DNA of 64,000 nucleotides from NCBI GenBank assembly GCA_963814585.1, contig CAWFDF010000003.1:96001-160000 (forward strand), read 5' to 3'. The notes below the pieces were generated by a model. It was not told the DNA's origin and made no database searches. It was given only the letters and a program-made list of their open reading frames with translations. Below are positions 1-9,462 of the stretch, piece by piece (the stretch's first letter is position 1; each line of letters starts with the position of its first letter). The DNA comes from an uncultured delta proteobacterium. Its GTDB lineage: Bacteria > Myxococcota > Myxococcia > Myxococcales > Anaeromyxobacteraceae. Position numbers and translations under genes: made by a program.

Positions 1-171
1 CTCTCGGTGATCGCGCCGCTGCACAACGCCGGCTCGTGGCTCTTCCTCTCCTTCTTCGTGCTGCACGTCTACCTGGTCACCACCGGGCGGACCCCGACCC
101 ACCACCTCGCCCCGATGATCACCGGCTACGGCACCCTCGAGTCCGAGGAGCCCGCGGCCGAGCGGAGCTGA
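1..171 (+). CDS. C-terminal fragment of a cytochrome b/b6-domain membrane subunit (PhsC/FdnI-like), 5' end outside window
   Basis: Frame 1 reads LSVIAPLHNAGSWLFLSFFVLHVYLVTTGRTPTHHLAPMITGY...*: a TM helix with two His 14 residues apart plus the 'MITG' tail typical of this family; stop TGA 169-171. Confidence 0.7.
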   Translation, partial: LSVIAPLHNAGSWLFLSFFVLHVYLVTTGRTPTHHLAPMITGYGTLESEEPAAERS

Positions 172-173
172 CC

Positions 174-698
174 ATGGCCACCAGCAAGGAACCCCGTCCC
201 TACCTGAACCCGTACCTGGCCGGAACGCTGCTCGGCGTGGTGCTCTTCCTCAGCTTCTACACCACCGGGGGCGGGCTGGGCGCCTCGGCGGCCCTCTCGC
301 ACATCCAGGCCGGCGTCCTCGACTGGATCGCCCCGGCCCACGTGGACCGGACCGCCTACTTCGCCGAGATGGCCGGCGGCAGCCGCAACACCTGGGACTA
401 CTCGGGCGTCTACATGCTGGTGGGCGCGCTGGTCGGCGGCCTGGTCTCGGGGCTCGTCAACCGGCGCGTCAAGCTGGAGCTCCGCAAGGGGCCGAGCATC
501 TCGACGCCGACGCGGGTGGTCTTCGCCCTGCTGGGCGGGGCCATCATGGGCTACGGCGCGCGGCTGGCCCGCGGCTGCACCTCCGGCCAGGCCCTCTCCG
601 GCGGCGCGGTGCTGTCGGTGGGCAGCTGGGCCTTCGCCCTCTCCATCTTCGCGGCCGGCTACGCCATGGCGTGGTTCGTCCGCCGCCTCTGGAACTGA
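174..698 (+). CDS. YeeE/YedE family sulfur-compound transporter (half-size)
   Basis: ATG at 174 just after the upstream stop; hydrophobic protein with NPYLAG and GARLARGCTSGQALSGG motifs. Confidence 0.88.
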   Translation: MATSKEPRPYLNPYLAGTLLGVVLFLSFYTTGGGLGASAALSHIQAGVLDWIAPAHVDRTAYFAEMAGGSRNTWDYSGVYMLVGALVGGLVSGLVNRRVKLELRKGPSISTPTRVVFALLGGAIMGYGARLARGCTSGQALSGGAVLSVGSWAFALSIFAAGYAMAWFVRRLWN

Positions 699-710
699 TC
701 GGGAGACCAC

Positions 711-2033
711 ATGGCCCCTTACGACCTCTCCAGCCTCGCCGGCACCGTGGCCAGCGCGCTGGTCTTCGGCTCCCTCGGCTTCGGCTTCGGCCTCGCGCTC
801 GAGCTGGGCGGCTTCGGCGACACCCGGAAGCTGGCAGCGCAGTTCTACCTGAAGGACATGACGGTGCTGAAGGTGATGTTCACGGGCATCGTGGTGGCGG
901 CCGTGCTGGTGGCCGGCGCCACCGGCTTCGGCCTCCTCGACATGAGCCGGGTCTGGGTCAACCCGACCTATCTGTGGCCCGGCATCGTCGGCGGCCTGAT
1001 CATGGGCGTGGGCTTCGTGCTGGGCGGCTTCTGCCCCGGCACCACGCTGGTGGCCACCGCCACCCTCAAGATCGACGGCATGCTGTTCCTGCTGGGCGCG
1101 CTCGTCGGGGTCTGGCTCTTCGGCGAGACGGTGGGCAGCTACGAGACCTTCTTCATCTCCTCCAACCTGGGGCGCTTCACGCTACCCGAGTGGCTGGGCC
1201 TGCCGCTGGGCGTGACCGTGCTGCTGGTGGTGGTCATGGCGCTGCTGCTCTTCTGGGGCGGCGAGCTGGCCGAGCAGGTCTTCGGCCGCGGCCGGCGCTG
1301 GGCCGAGGTCTCGCTGCGGCCCAGCCGGCCGCTGACGCTGGTGGGGGCCGGCCTGCTGCTGGCGAGCGTGGTGGTGATGGCCAAGGGCCAGCCCACCCCG
1401 GCGCAGAAGTTCGACCTGCTCGGCCCCGAGGCGCGGCGCCCCGTGGAGGAGCGCGGCGTCTTCGTCCACCCGGCCGAGGTGGTGGCGCTCAAGGACGACG
1501 TCAGCGTGCGGGTCGACATCCTCGACCTCCGCGACGAGCACGACTTCAACCTGTTCCACCTGGGCGGGTCCCGCCGCGTCGACGCGGCGGCGCTGCTGAA
1601 GGCAGGCCAGCTCCAGGAGCTGCTGGCGCAGCCCGGCAGCGCGGTGACCTTCCTGGTCGGCACCGGGGAGGCCCAGGCCCTGGCCACCTGGAAGGAGCTC
1701 AAGGCCCAGGGCGTCGGCAACCTCTACGTCATCGAGGGCGGCATCGACCACTGGCTCGAGCTCTACCCGGCCCCCTCCTGCGTGGCCGAGCGGGTCGCGT
1801 CCAACGACGCCGGCCCGGCCGGCTGGCGCTTCGCCTACGCCACCGGCGACAACCTGCCGTCCGCCTGGCCGGAGCTGCAGAGCTCCCGCGGCTTCCGCTC
1901 GCCCTGCCAGCTGGCCGTCTCCACCGCGGAGGGGCACGAGGGCGGCCACGGGGGGGTGGCCTGGCCCACCTACCAGTTCACCCGCAAGGTGAAGCTGCAG
2001 AGCAAGGCGGCCGTGAAGGGCGGGTGCGGGTAG
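711..2033 (+). CDS. YeeE/YedE transporter fused to a rhodanese-like domain with C-terminal GGCG
   Basis: GGAG SD; N-terminal TM domain with GFCPGT; then ILDLRDEHDFNLFHLGGS...LYVIEGGIDHW rhodanese signature; ends KGGCG. Confidence 0.85.
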   Translation: MAPYDLSSLAGTVASALVFGSLGFGFGLALELGGFGDTRKLAAQFYLKDMTVLKVMFTGIVVAAVLVAGATGFGLLDMSRVWVNPTYLWPGIVGGLIMGVGFVLGGFCPGTTLVATATLKIDGMLFLLGALVGVWLFGETVGSYETFFISSNLGRFTLPEWLGLPLGVTVLLVVVMALLLFWGGELAEQVFGRGRRWAEVSLRPSRPLTLVGAGLLLASVVVMAKGQPTPAQKFDLLGPEARRPVEERGVFVHPAEVVALKDDVSVRVDILDLRDEHDFNLFHLGGSRRVDAAALLKAGQLQELLAQPGSAVTFLVGTGEAQALATWKELKAQGVGNLYVIEGGIDHWLELYPAPSCVAERVASNDAGPAGWRFAYATGDNLPSAWPELQSSRGFRSPCQLAVSTAEGHEGGHGGVAWPTYQFTRKVKLQSKAAVKGGCG

Positions 2034-2120
2034 GCGCTCCGTGCCCCGGGCCCTTCGTGGCGCCACTCACCTGGCCCGGGCCCTGCTGCGGCGCACGCGG
2101 CCTGGCTGCGAGGGGCGCCG

Positions 2121-2456
2121 TCACGCCAGCAGCGCCTCGACCGCCTTGACGATGGCGCCGGATCCGATCTGGCCGCCGGTGTGGCGCGGCGCCGCCTCGG
2201 CGCCGCCGCGGAAGAAGAGGAGCGTGGGGCTGCCGAGGACGCCGAGCTCGGTGGCCAGCTCCCGGTTCCCCTGCCGGAAGACCTTCACGAAGCGGGCTCG
2301 GCCGGCCAGCGCGGCCGCCGCCGCCTCGAGGCGCGGGGCCAGCGCCTCGCAGGGTGGGCACTCGGAGGAGTAGAAGTCGACGACGACCGGCTCCCCGGCG
2401 TCGAGGACCTCGCGCTGCCAGTCAGCGGCCTGGATCTCCTTCACGTTGGCGGCCAT
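2121..2456 (-). CDS. Thioredoxin family protein (CPPC)
   Basis: MAANVKEIQAADWQREVL...VVVDFYSSECPPCEAL...GSPTLLFF. Confidence 0.85.
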   Translation of the reverse strand: MAANVKEIQAADWQREVLDAGEPVVVDFYSSECPPCEALAPRLEAAAAALAGRARFVKVFRQGNRELATELGVLGSPTLLFFRGGAEAAPRHTGGQIGSGAIVKAVEALLA

Positions 2457-2521
2457 GGCGGCTCCGGGTACGGGGCACCGTCGCAGCCCAGGAGGCGCGG
2501 CGGGGCGGTGCGGGACAGGGT

Positions 2522-2545
2522 GCGGAGGCCCCGGAGGGCCTCCGC
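2522..2545 (-). terminator. Perfect 10-bp GC hairpin just downstream of the 33-aa peptide ORF (terminator or transcript-stabilising stem)
   Basis: GCGGAGGCCC-CGGA-GGGCCTCCGC; no U-tract. Confidence 0.45.
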
Positions 2546-2551
2546 GGTGCT

Positions 2552-2653
2552 TCAGTCGTGGCAGCCCGAGACCAGCCGGGAGGCCTTGGCACAGCACTGC
2601 GCCACCTGCTCCGGGGCGCAGCAACCGGCCTTCACCTTCGTCAACAGCTTCAT
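2552..2653 (-). CDS. 33-aa cysteine-rich peptide (absent from the ORF track)
   Basis: MKLLTKVKAGCCAPEQVAQCCAKASRLVSGCHD*; AAGGAG SD 5 nt before ATG; starts 13 nt after the upstream stop; GC-rich third positions. Confidence 0.7.
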   Translation of the reverse strand: MKLLTKVKAGCCAPEQVAQCCAKASRLVSGCHD

Positions 2654-2666
2654 GGCAACTCCTTCG

Positions 2667-2849
2667 TCAAGCGGCGATCTGCTTCTCCAGCTTCGTCTTC
2701 AGCTTCCGCGCCGCATCGCAGTCCTCGCACGGCGCATCGGGCTTCCTGGCGTGCACCTGGCACGTCGCCAGGCAGTTGCCCAGCGACTGGACCATGATGC
2801 GGAGCTCCTTCGCCGAGAAGTCGATGCCGATCGCAGTGTTGGCACTCAT
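2667..2849 (-). CDS. 60-aa hypothetical protein with C-x3-C-x10-C-x2-C
   Basis: MSANTAIGIDFSAKELRIMVQSLGNCLATCQVHARKPDAPCEDCDAARKLKTKLEKQIAA; GGAGG SD. Confidence 0.75.
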   Translation of the reverse strand: MSANTAIGIDFSAKELRIMVQSLGNCLATCQVHARKPDAPCEDCDAARKLKTKLEKQIAA

Positions 2850-3017
2850 CGCGTCCCTCCGAGGCCGGCATCGTAGCGCCCGCCTGGCCACCCCCAGGGT
2901 GTTCCTTGGGGGTTGCGCCAGTTGGCCGCTCCCTCCTTCTGGGAGCCAGGAGAGGCCGCCAGGGTTCGGCCGCCGAACCGCCTGGCCCGGCCCTGGCTCC
3001 CAGGGGGCAGAGGACAC

Positions 3018-3401
3018 ATGGGATTTCTCGACAAGCTCTTCGGCCCCAGGACCCCGAGGGTCCAGCCCGTCCACGTCACCGACGAGAACTTCATCGACGA
3101 GGTGGCGCGCTCGACGCTGCCGGTGGTGCTCGACGTCTGGAGCCCGGGGTGCGGTCCCTGCGCCATGCTGGAGCCGATCGTCATGGACCTGGCCACCGAC
3201 TACCAGGGGCGGGTCCGGGTCGCCGAGATGAACGCCGCCGAGGCCGTGGAGTACGCCGCCCGGCTCGGGGTGATGGGCACTCCCACCGTCCTCTTCCTCA
3301 GAGGCGGGCGCGAGGTGCACCGGGTGGCCGGCTTCGTCGGCTCGCGCTACCTGCGCGAGGTGGTGGAGGCGGAGCTGCTGGGCGAGAGCCCGGCGGCCTG
3401 A
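3018..3401 (+). CDS. Thioredoxin family protein (CGPC)
   Basis: GAGG SD; HVTDENFIDEV...VVLDVWSPGCGPC...GTPT. Confidence 0.88.
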   Translation: MGFLDKLFGPRTPRVQPVHVTDENFIDEVARSTLPVVLDVWSPGCGPCAMLEPIVMDLATDYQGRVRVAEMNAAEAVEYAARLGVMGTPTVLFLRGGREVHRVAGFVGSRYLREVVEAELLGESPAA

Positions 3402-3564
3402 GCCGCTCCGCGCTGGCGGGGAGTTGGAACCTGCCCGGTCTCCAGATGGTGGCGCCCTGCCGCGCGCCCCCAATGTCCACGAGCCGACCCGCCCGGTCCA
3501 GGCCGGTCACCAGGCCGGCGGGCTAGACTCGGGCGGCTGGCGGTCGAGCCTGGGGAGGAACCAC

Positions 3565-4965
3565 ATGGACACGTCCGAGAGTGACCTCCTCCGCCACCCG
3601 CTCAGCCTGGCTGGCGCCGCCCTCGCCACCGTCTGCGGGTCCCTGGTGGCCGTGTTCTTCGTCGCTTCGATGGCCGGCTACGAAGGGAACCCCTACCAGG
3701 GAATGGTGGTCTTCGTCGTCGGCCCCTCGCTGATGGTGGTCGGGCTGCTGCTCGTCCCTCTGGGCGCCTGGCGCGAGCGTCGCCGCCTGGTCCGCCTGGC
3801 GGCCAGCGGCGGCGTCGAGTCGCCGCTCCCGGTCGTCGACCTCAACTCCCCGCGCACCCGGAAGCTCGGCCTGGCCTTCCTCGCGCTCACCACCGTCAAC
3901 CTGCTGCTGCTCGCGGCCGCCTCGTACAAGGGGCTGGAGGTCATGGACTCCTCTGCCTTCTGCGGCTCATGCCACTCCGTCATGGACCCCGAGGCCTCGG
4001 CCCACGCCCGCTCGCCCCACGCCCGCGTCCGCTGCGTGGAGTGCCACATCGGCCCCGGGGCCGGCTGGTTCGTGAAGTCCAAGCTCTCCGGCTCCTGGCA
4101 GCTGGTCTCGGTGATGTTCCACCTCTACCCGCGCCCCATCCCCACCCCGGTCCACGCCCTGCGCCCGGCGCGCGACACCTGCGAGCAGTGCCACTGGCCG
4201 ACCAAGTTCGTGGGCGACCGGCTCCAGGTCATCACCCACCACGCCGACGACGCGCCCTCCACGCCGCTCAAGACGGTCCTGCTGGTCCACGTCGGCGGCG
4301 CGCAGGGCGTCTCCTCCCGCGGGATCCACTGGCACGTCGACCAGGGCGTGAGGCTCCGCTACCAGGCCGATGAGCGCCGGGAGAACATCTCCGCGGTCGA
4401 GCTGACCACCTCCGACGGCCCACCGCAGCGCTGGGAGGTGGCCGGGGCTGCCGCCGCGGGCGGGACCTGGCGCGAGATGGACTGCATCGACTGCCACAAC
4501 CGTCCCACCCACGTGTACCGGACCCCCGAGGACGAGGTGGATGCGGCCCTCCTGCACGGCCGGCTCGACCCGCGGCTCCCCTTCCTCCGGCGCGAGGCCG
4601 TCAAGGCGCTCCGCGTCGAGTACCCGGGCCAGGCGGCCGCCCTGGCCGGGCTGCGCGATTCGCTCCGCTCCTTCTACGCCGGCCAGCCGCTCCCGGCCGG
4701 CGTCGCCTCCGCCGCGCTCCTCGACGCGGCCGCCACCGAGCTGGCCGCCATCTGGGGCCGCAACGTCTGGCCGCAGATGAAGATCGCCTGGGGCACCTAC
4801 CCGACCTTCCTCGGCCACGAGCAGGCGCCAGGCTGCCTCCGCTGCCACGATGGCGACCACGCCACGCGCGAGGGCAAGGCCATCTCCGGCGACTGCGACC
4901 TGTGCCACACGATCCTGGCGCAGGAGGAGAAGGACCCGGCCATCCTCAAGCAGCTGGCGCCCTGA
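3565..4965 (+). CDS. Membrane-anchored hexaheme cytochrome c with NapC/NirT-like N-terminal region
   Basis: GGAGG SD; three N-terminal hydrophobic segments; six CxxCH motifs (CGSCH, CVECH, CEQCH, CIDCH, CLRCH, CDLCH). Confidence 0.9.
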   Translation: MDTSESDLLRHPLSLAGAALATVCGSLVAVFFVASMAGYEGNPYQGMVVFVVGPSLMVVGLLLVPLGAWRERRRLVRLAASGGVESPLPVVDLNSPRTRKLGLAFLALTTVNLLLLAAASYKGLEVMDSSAFCGSCHSVMDPEASAHARSPHARVRCVECHIGPGAGWFVKSKLSGSWQLVSVMFHLYPRPIPTPVHALRPARDTCEQCHWPTKFVGDRLQVITHHADDAPSTPLKTVLLVHVGGAQGVSSRGIHWHVDQGVRLRYQADERRENISAVELTTSDGPPQRWEVAGAAAAGGTWREMDCIDCHNRPTHVYRTPEDEVDAALLHGRLDPRLPFLRREAVKALRVEYPGQAAALAGLRDSLRSFYAGQPLPAGVASAALLDAAATELAAIWGRNVWPQMKIAWGTYPTFLGHEQAPGCLRCHDGDHATREGKAISGDCDLCHTILAQEEKDPAILKQLAP

Positions 4966-5066
4966 GGCCCCACCCGACCTGGGCCGAGCGGTGGTGGCGT
5001 GCCCCGGCGCTGCTGCCCGTCCCGCGCGCCCGGGGCTGATGGTTCCGGGCTATCCTCCCCGACCCC

Positions 5067-6206
5067 GTGATCACGCCCCGCCGCCTCCACATCGCCTACG
5101 CCGTCGACCTGTTCGAGGGCGTCAAGACCGGCGGCGTCATCTCCGCGCAGCGCTTCGTCCGGGCGCTGCGGGAGCGCCACGACGTCACCGTCCTCGCCGG
5201 CGGGCCGAGCCGCGAGGGGCTGGTGGGGCTGCCGCAGTTCACCATCCCGCCCTTCGGCCGGGTGATGCGCCAGATGGGCTTCGTCTTCGCCTGGCCCACC
5301 CGGGCCGCCATCGAGCCGGTGCTGCGTCGCGCCGACGTGCTCCACGTCCAGTTCCCCTTCTGGCTCGGCATCCGCGCCGCCGCGCTGGCGCGCCGGCTGG
5401 GGACGCCGGTGGTGGCGGCCTCGCACCTGCAGCCGGAGAACATGTTCCACAACGTCGGCCTCCGCTCCGCCTGGCTCAACGACCGGACCTGGCGCTTCTT
5501 CATCTCCGCCCTCTACGGCAAGGCCGACCACCTGGTGGTCCCCACCGCCTTCGGCCTGGACGAGCTGCGCCGCCACGGCCTCACCGTCCCGGCCGACGTC
5601 GTCTCCAACGGCATCCCGCCGCAGTTCCACCCCGGCCCCGGCCAGCGGAGCCCGGCCCACGGCGACCGCTTCGTGGTGCTGGCGGTCTCCCGGCTGGCGC
5701 GGGAGAAGCGCATCGACGTCCTCATCGAGGCGGTGGGCCTGGCCCGGAACGCCGCCCGCATCCAGCTGGTCGTCTGCGGCGCCGGGCCGGAGGAGGCCCG
5801 GCTCCGGCAGGCGGCCTCGGCGCTGCCCGTCCCGGTCGAGTTCCGGGTGGTGGAGGTGGACGACGTGCCCGGCGTGCTGCGCGCCGCCGACCTCCTGGTG
5901 CACGCCTCCGAGATCGAGCTGGAGGGGATGGCGGTGCTGGAGGCGCTCGGCACCGGCCTGCCCACGCTGGTGGCCGACGCCCCTTTCAGCGCCGCCGCCC
6001 GGCTGGCCATCGGCGACGAGTTCCGCTTCCCCCCCGGCGACGCCGCGGCGCTGGCGGCCCGCATCGACCACCTCGTCGAGCACCCGGAGCGGCTGGCCGC
6101 CGCCAGCCAGGCGGCCCTCCGCGCCGCCGAGGGGCTGCGGCTGGAGGCCTCGATCGCGAAGCTGGAGGCCATCTACCAGCGCGTGGCGCGGCCGCCGCGC
6201 GGGTGA
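5067..6206 (+). CDS. Glycosyltransferase family 4 (GT-B)
   Basis: VVSNGI, SRLAREKRID, ELEGMAVLEAL (E-x7-E) motifs. Confidence 0.88.
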   Translation: MITPRRLHIAYAVDLFEGVKTGGVISAQRFVRALRERHDVTVLAGGPSREGLVGLPQFTIPPFGRVMRQMGFVFAWPTRAAIEPVLRRADVLHVQFPFWLGIRAAALARRLGTPVVAASHLQPENMFHNVGLRSAWLNDRTWRFFISALYGKADHLVVPTAFGLDELRRHGLTVPADVVSNGIPPQFHPGPGQRSPAHGDRFVVLAVSRLAREKRIDVLIEAVGLARNAARIQLVVCGAGPEEARLRQAASALPVPVEFRVVEVDDVPGVLRAADLLVHASEIELEGMAVLEALGTGLPTLVADAPFSAAARLAIGDEFRFPPGDAAALAARIDHLVEHPERLAAASQAALRAAEGLRLEASIAKLEAIYQRVARPPRG

Positions 6207-6276
6207 GGGCGTCGCCTCGCCACGCGGACGGGGGTTCCGCCTGTCCGCGCGGGTGAGGGCGCCGCCTCGCCGCGCG
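6195..6276. repeat. Two near-identical 32-bp hairpin-forming direct repeats between convergent genes
   Basis: CCGCGCGGGTGAGGGCGYCGCCTCGCCRCGCG at 6195-6226 and 6245-6276. Confidence 0.65.
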
Positions 6277-6281
6277 AGGGG

Positions 6282-8567
6282 CTACGCCTGGCCGCGCGGC
6301 CGCTCCCGCCGCACGATCCAGAGCGAGCCGGGCAGGGCGGTGAAGTCGGCCAGCATCGCCAGCAGGAAGGCGCCCGAGGTGATGACCCCGAACTGGCGCA
6401 GCGGCGGGAAGCTGGAGAGGGCCAGCCCGAGGAAGCCGGCGGCGTTGATGAGCGTGGCGAAGACGATGGCCCGCCCCGACACCCGCAGCGAGTGGCGCAT
6501 GGCGCCGTCGAGCCCGCCCGCCCCCTCCCCCTCCTGCAGGTGGTGGAAGAAGTGGATCTGGTCGTTCTCGGTGGTGCCGAGCACGGTGGTGGCGATGAGG
6601 ATGGTGGCCACGTTGAGGGCGCCCCCCATCAGCCGCATCCCCAGGAAGGTGACCAGGATGGCGAAGACCGACGGGATCATCGCCATGAGCCGCGCCGAGG
6701 GGCTGCGGAAGACGAGGAGGAAGGCGGCGAAGATGAGGGCCGCGGTGAGGGTGAAGCTCTCGCTCAGCGTCGGCACCAGCGCGGCGCCGACCTTGGCCTG
6801 GAGCAGCGACTCGCCCACCACCCGCAGCTCGGCGCCCTGGAAGGCCGGGTCGCCGGCCACGGTCCGGTCCCAGGCCTGGCGCACCCCGGCCACCAGCCGC
6901 AGGTTGTCGGCCTCGTCGTGGCCGTCGAAGACCACGGTGAGCTGGGCGTTCCCCAGCGTGGCCACGTCGATGAAGCCGCGCAGCTCGGGCTGGGTGAGCA
7001 GGAGCTGCTCGACGTCGCCGGCCAGCCGCTCGAACTCGGCCGGGTCCTGCGGCAGCCGCTCCCCCTGGCCGGCCAGGTAGCGCCGCATGCGCAGGAAGGT
7101 GGTCGGCCCCACCACCGCCGAGACCCCGGGGAGCGCCTCCACCGCGCTGGCGAACCGGTCCAGGCCGCGCAGGACCTCGGGCTCGACCACCGCGCCCGGC
7201 GCGGTCCGGACCCAGGCCCGCGCCACGCCCAGCCCCGAGACGTGCTGGCGGAAGAAGCGCATGTCCCGGGCGATGGCCAGCGACGGATCCGACGTAGTCG
7301 AGCGAGTCGACGCCCACCTTCATGGGCTCGAGGCGCCCGGGGAGGCCGAAGAGCGCCACCAGCCCGCGCCGCCGAGAGCAGGAGCGAGCCGGCCACCAGC
7401 GGCCAGCGGAGCCGGTACGTGAAGGCGGGGATGGCCTCGGCGACGCGGTCGTAGAGCGCGGTGCGGATGGCCACCGTTCGCCCGGTGGGGGTTCGCAGCG
7501 CCTTCTGCAGGGCCGGGAAGAGCGTGAAGGCCACCACCCAGGAGATGGCCAGTCCCGCCGCCGTCCACAGCCCCATCTCCCGCACCGGGCGGATCCTCGA
7601 CACCGCCAGCGCCGCGAAGCCCAGCACCGCGGCCACGCTGGAGGCGGTCACCGGCAGGAACTTGCTGGCCAGCGCCTGGAGCTGGTGCTGGTCCACCGTC
7701 ACGCCCTCGGGCTGGTCGACGAAGCGGGAGTGCAGGTAGACCAGCGAGGCCAGCGCCGTCACCATCACCGTGAGCGGGACCAGCGCCGAGACCACCGTGA
7801 AGGAGAACCCGAGCAGCTGCCCCACCCCCACCGCCAGCGCCACCGCCGAGCCCAGCGCCAGCAGCACCGCCAGCAGCGAGCGGACCGAGCGGTAGAGGAA
7901 GAGCGCCAGCCCGACCACCAGCAGGCCGAAGACCGGGAACCAGCGGACCGAGGCCTGGCCCGACTCGCGCTCGATCCAGGACTCGACGTAGGGCGCCCCC
8001 ACCTTGCGGACCAGGCGCACCGCCGGATCGCGGCGTGGCGTCGATGGCGGCGTCGATGGCGGCCAGCGTGGCGTCACGCGCGGCGGCCCCTTCGCTGGGG
8101 AAGGCCACCGCCTGGCCGAGGAAGGTCGGGCCCACCAGCCCCTGCTGACGGAACAGGCTGGCGCCGGTGGCGAAGGTGCGGAAGGCGGCGGCCCCCTCCG
8201 CCGTGAAGGCGAACCCGGGGCGAGCCGTGCGGAAGGCGTCGAGGGCCTGGATGACCGAGACGCCCTTCACGCCGCGGACGGCGCGGGCCAGCGCGTCGGA
8301 CTCGGCCAGCACCTCCGGCCGCCACGGGTCGTCGGCCTCGAGGAGCAGCATCACCAGGTGCCCCTCCGGGAAGACCTCCTGGAAGGCGCGGGTGGCGACG
8401 TAGTCGGGGTCCGACGGCATCACCAGGCCGGAGATGGCCCCCTCCGACGGGATCCGCGTCGCCAGCCACGCCGAGGCCGGGACCAGCAGCGCGTAGAGGA
8501 CGAGGACGGGGACGCGCAGCGCCACGATGCGCGCGAAGATCCGCTCCAGCCGGGGGCGCGGGGCCAT
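6282..8567 (-). CDS. MMPL/RND family transporter, broken by apparent frameshifts near 8025, 7370 and 7290
   Basis: Pieces in ORFs 7320-8585, 6764-8077 and 6282-7262 join into a typical twofold MMPL topology (VLGFAALAVSRIRPVREMG; TTENDQIHFF; GFLGLALSSFPPLRQFG). Confidence 0.85.
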
Positions 8568-8601
8568 CGCTGCCGAACCTACCACGCGCTAGACTCCCGG
8601 C

Positions 8602-9462
8602 ATGCGCCGCGCGCTCGCCCGCCCGTTGCTCGCCGTCCTGCTGCCGCTGTCCGTCGCCTGGCCCCTGGCGGCCCGCGCCGCCGAGCCGCCGGCCACCACG
8701 CTGGTGGCCTGCGCCCCGGGCTACCCCGGCACCACCGCCGAGGCCCAGCCGTCCATGGAGGCCTTCGCCGCCGCGCTGGCCCGCCAGGCCGGCTGGCCGC
8801 CGGCCCGCCTCGGCGCCACCTACCTGTCCACCGAGAAGGAGGGGCTGGCCCGCCTGGCCGCCCCCGGCGCCACCGTGGCGCTCGTCCCCCTCCCCTTCCT
8901 GCTGCAGCACCGCGCCGCGCTCGGGCTCACGCCCCGCCTCACCGTCGAGCAGAAGGGGCTGGGGCCGGCCGAGACCTGGGTGCTGGTCGCGAGGAAGGGG
9001 CGCGTGCACGGCCCCGCCGACCTGGCCGGCTTCACCGTGGTCTCGATCGCCGGCTACGCGCCCGGCTTCGTGCGCGGCGTGCTGGGCCCGGCCTGGCGCC
9101 TGCCGGGGTCGGTCAAGGTGGTCGAGTCGGGGCAGGTGCTGTCGGCGCTGCGCCGGGCGGTGAAGGGCGAGGACGTGGCGCTGCTGCTGGACGGCGCGCA
9201 GGGGGCGGCCCTCCCCGGCCTGCCGTTCTTCGCCGACCTCGACCTGCTGGCCCGCTCGGCGCCGCTGCCGGCCGCGCTGGTGGCCACGGTGGGGACGCGG
9301 CTCCCGGCGGCCCGCTGGGCCGAGCTGGAGAAGGCGTTGCTGGCGCTGCCGGGCGAGCCGGCCGGCGCCGCCGCGCTCGACGCCATCCGCATGGTGAGGT
9401 TCACGCCCGCGGACGTGAAGACCATCGACGCGGTGGGCCGGCTGGCGGGGAGCGGGCGTTGA
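8602..9462 (+). CDS. Periplasmic substrate-binding protein, PhnD/SsuA-like
   Basis: Signal peptide (ARA-AE); VACAPGYPG start; 'LALVARKG...ADLAG'-like and 'ALLLDGAQ' segments typical of class II binding proteins. Confidence 0.65.
   Translation: MRRALARPLLAVLLPLSVAWPLAARAAEPPATTLVACAPGYPGTTAEAQPSMEAFAAALARQAGWPPARLGATYLSTEKEGLARLAAPGATVALVPLPFLLQHRAALGLTPRLTVEQKGLGPAETWVLVARKGRVHGPADLAGFTVVSIAGYAPGFVRGVLGPAWRLPGSVKVVESGQVLSALRRAVKGEDVALLLDGAQGAALPGLPFFADLDLLARSAPLPAALVATVGTRLPAARWAELEKALLALPGEPAGAAALDAIRMVRFTPADVKTIDAVGRLAGSGR

Noticed and set aside
2522..2554. Selenocysteine read-through of the 33-aa peptide UGA
   Set aside because: The hairpin starts only 6 nt after the UGA, its loop (UCCG) lacks the leading G/GU, and the read-through sequence looks non-coding.
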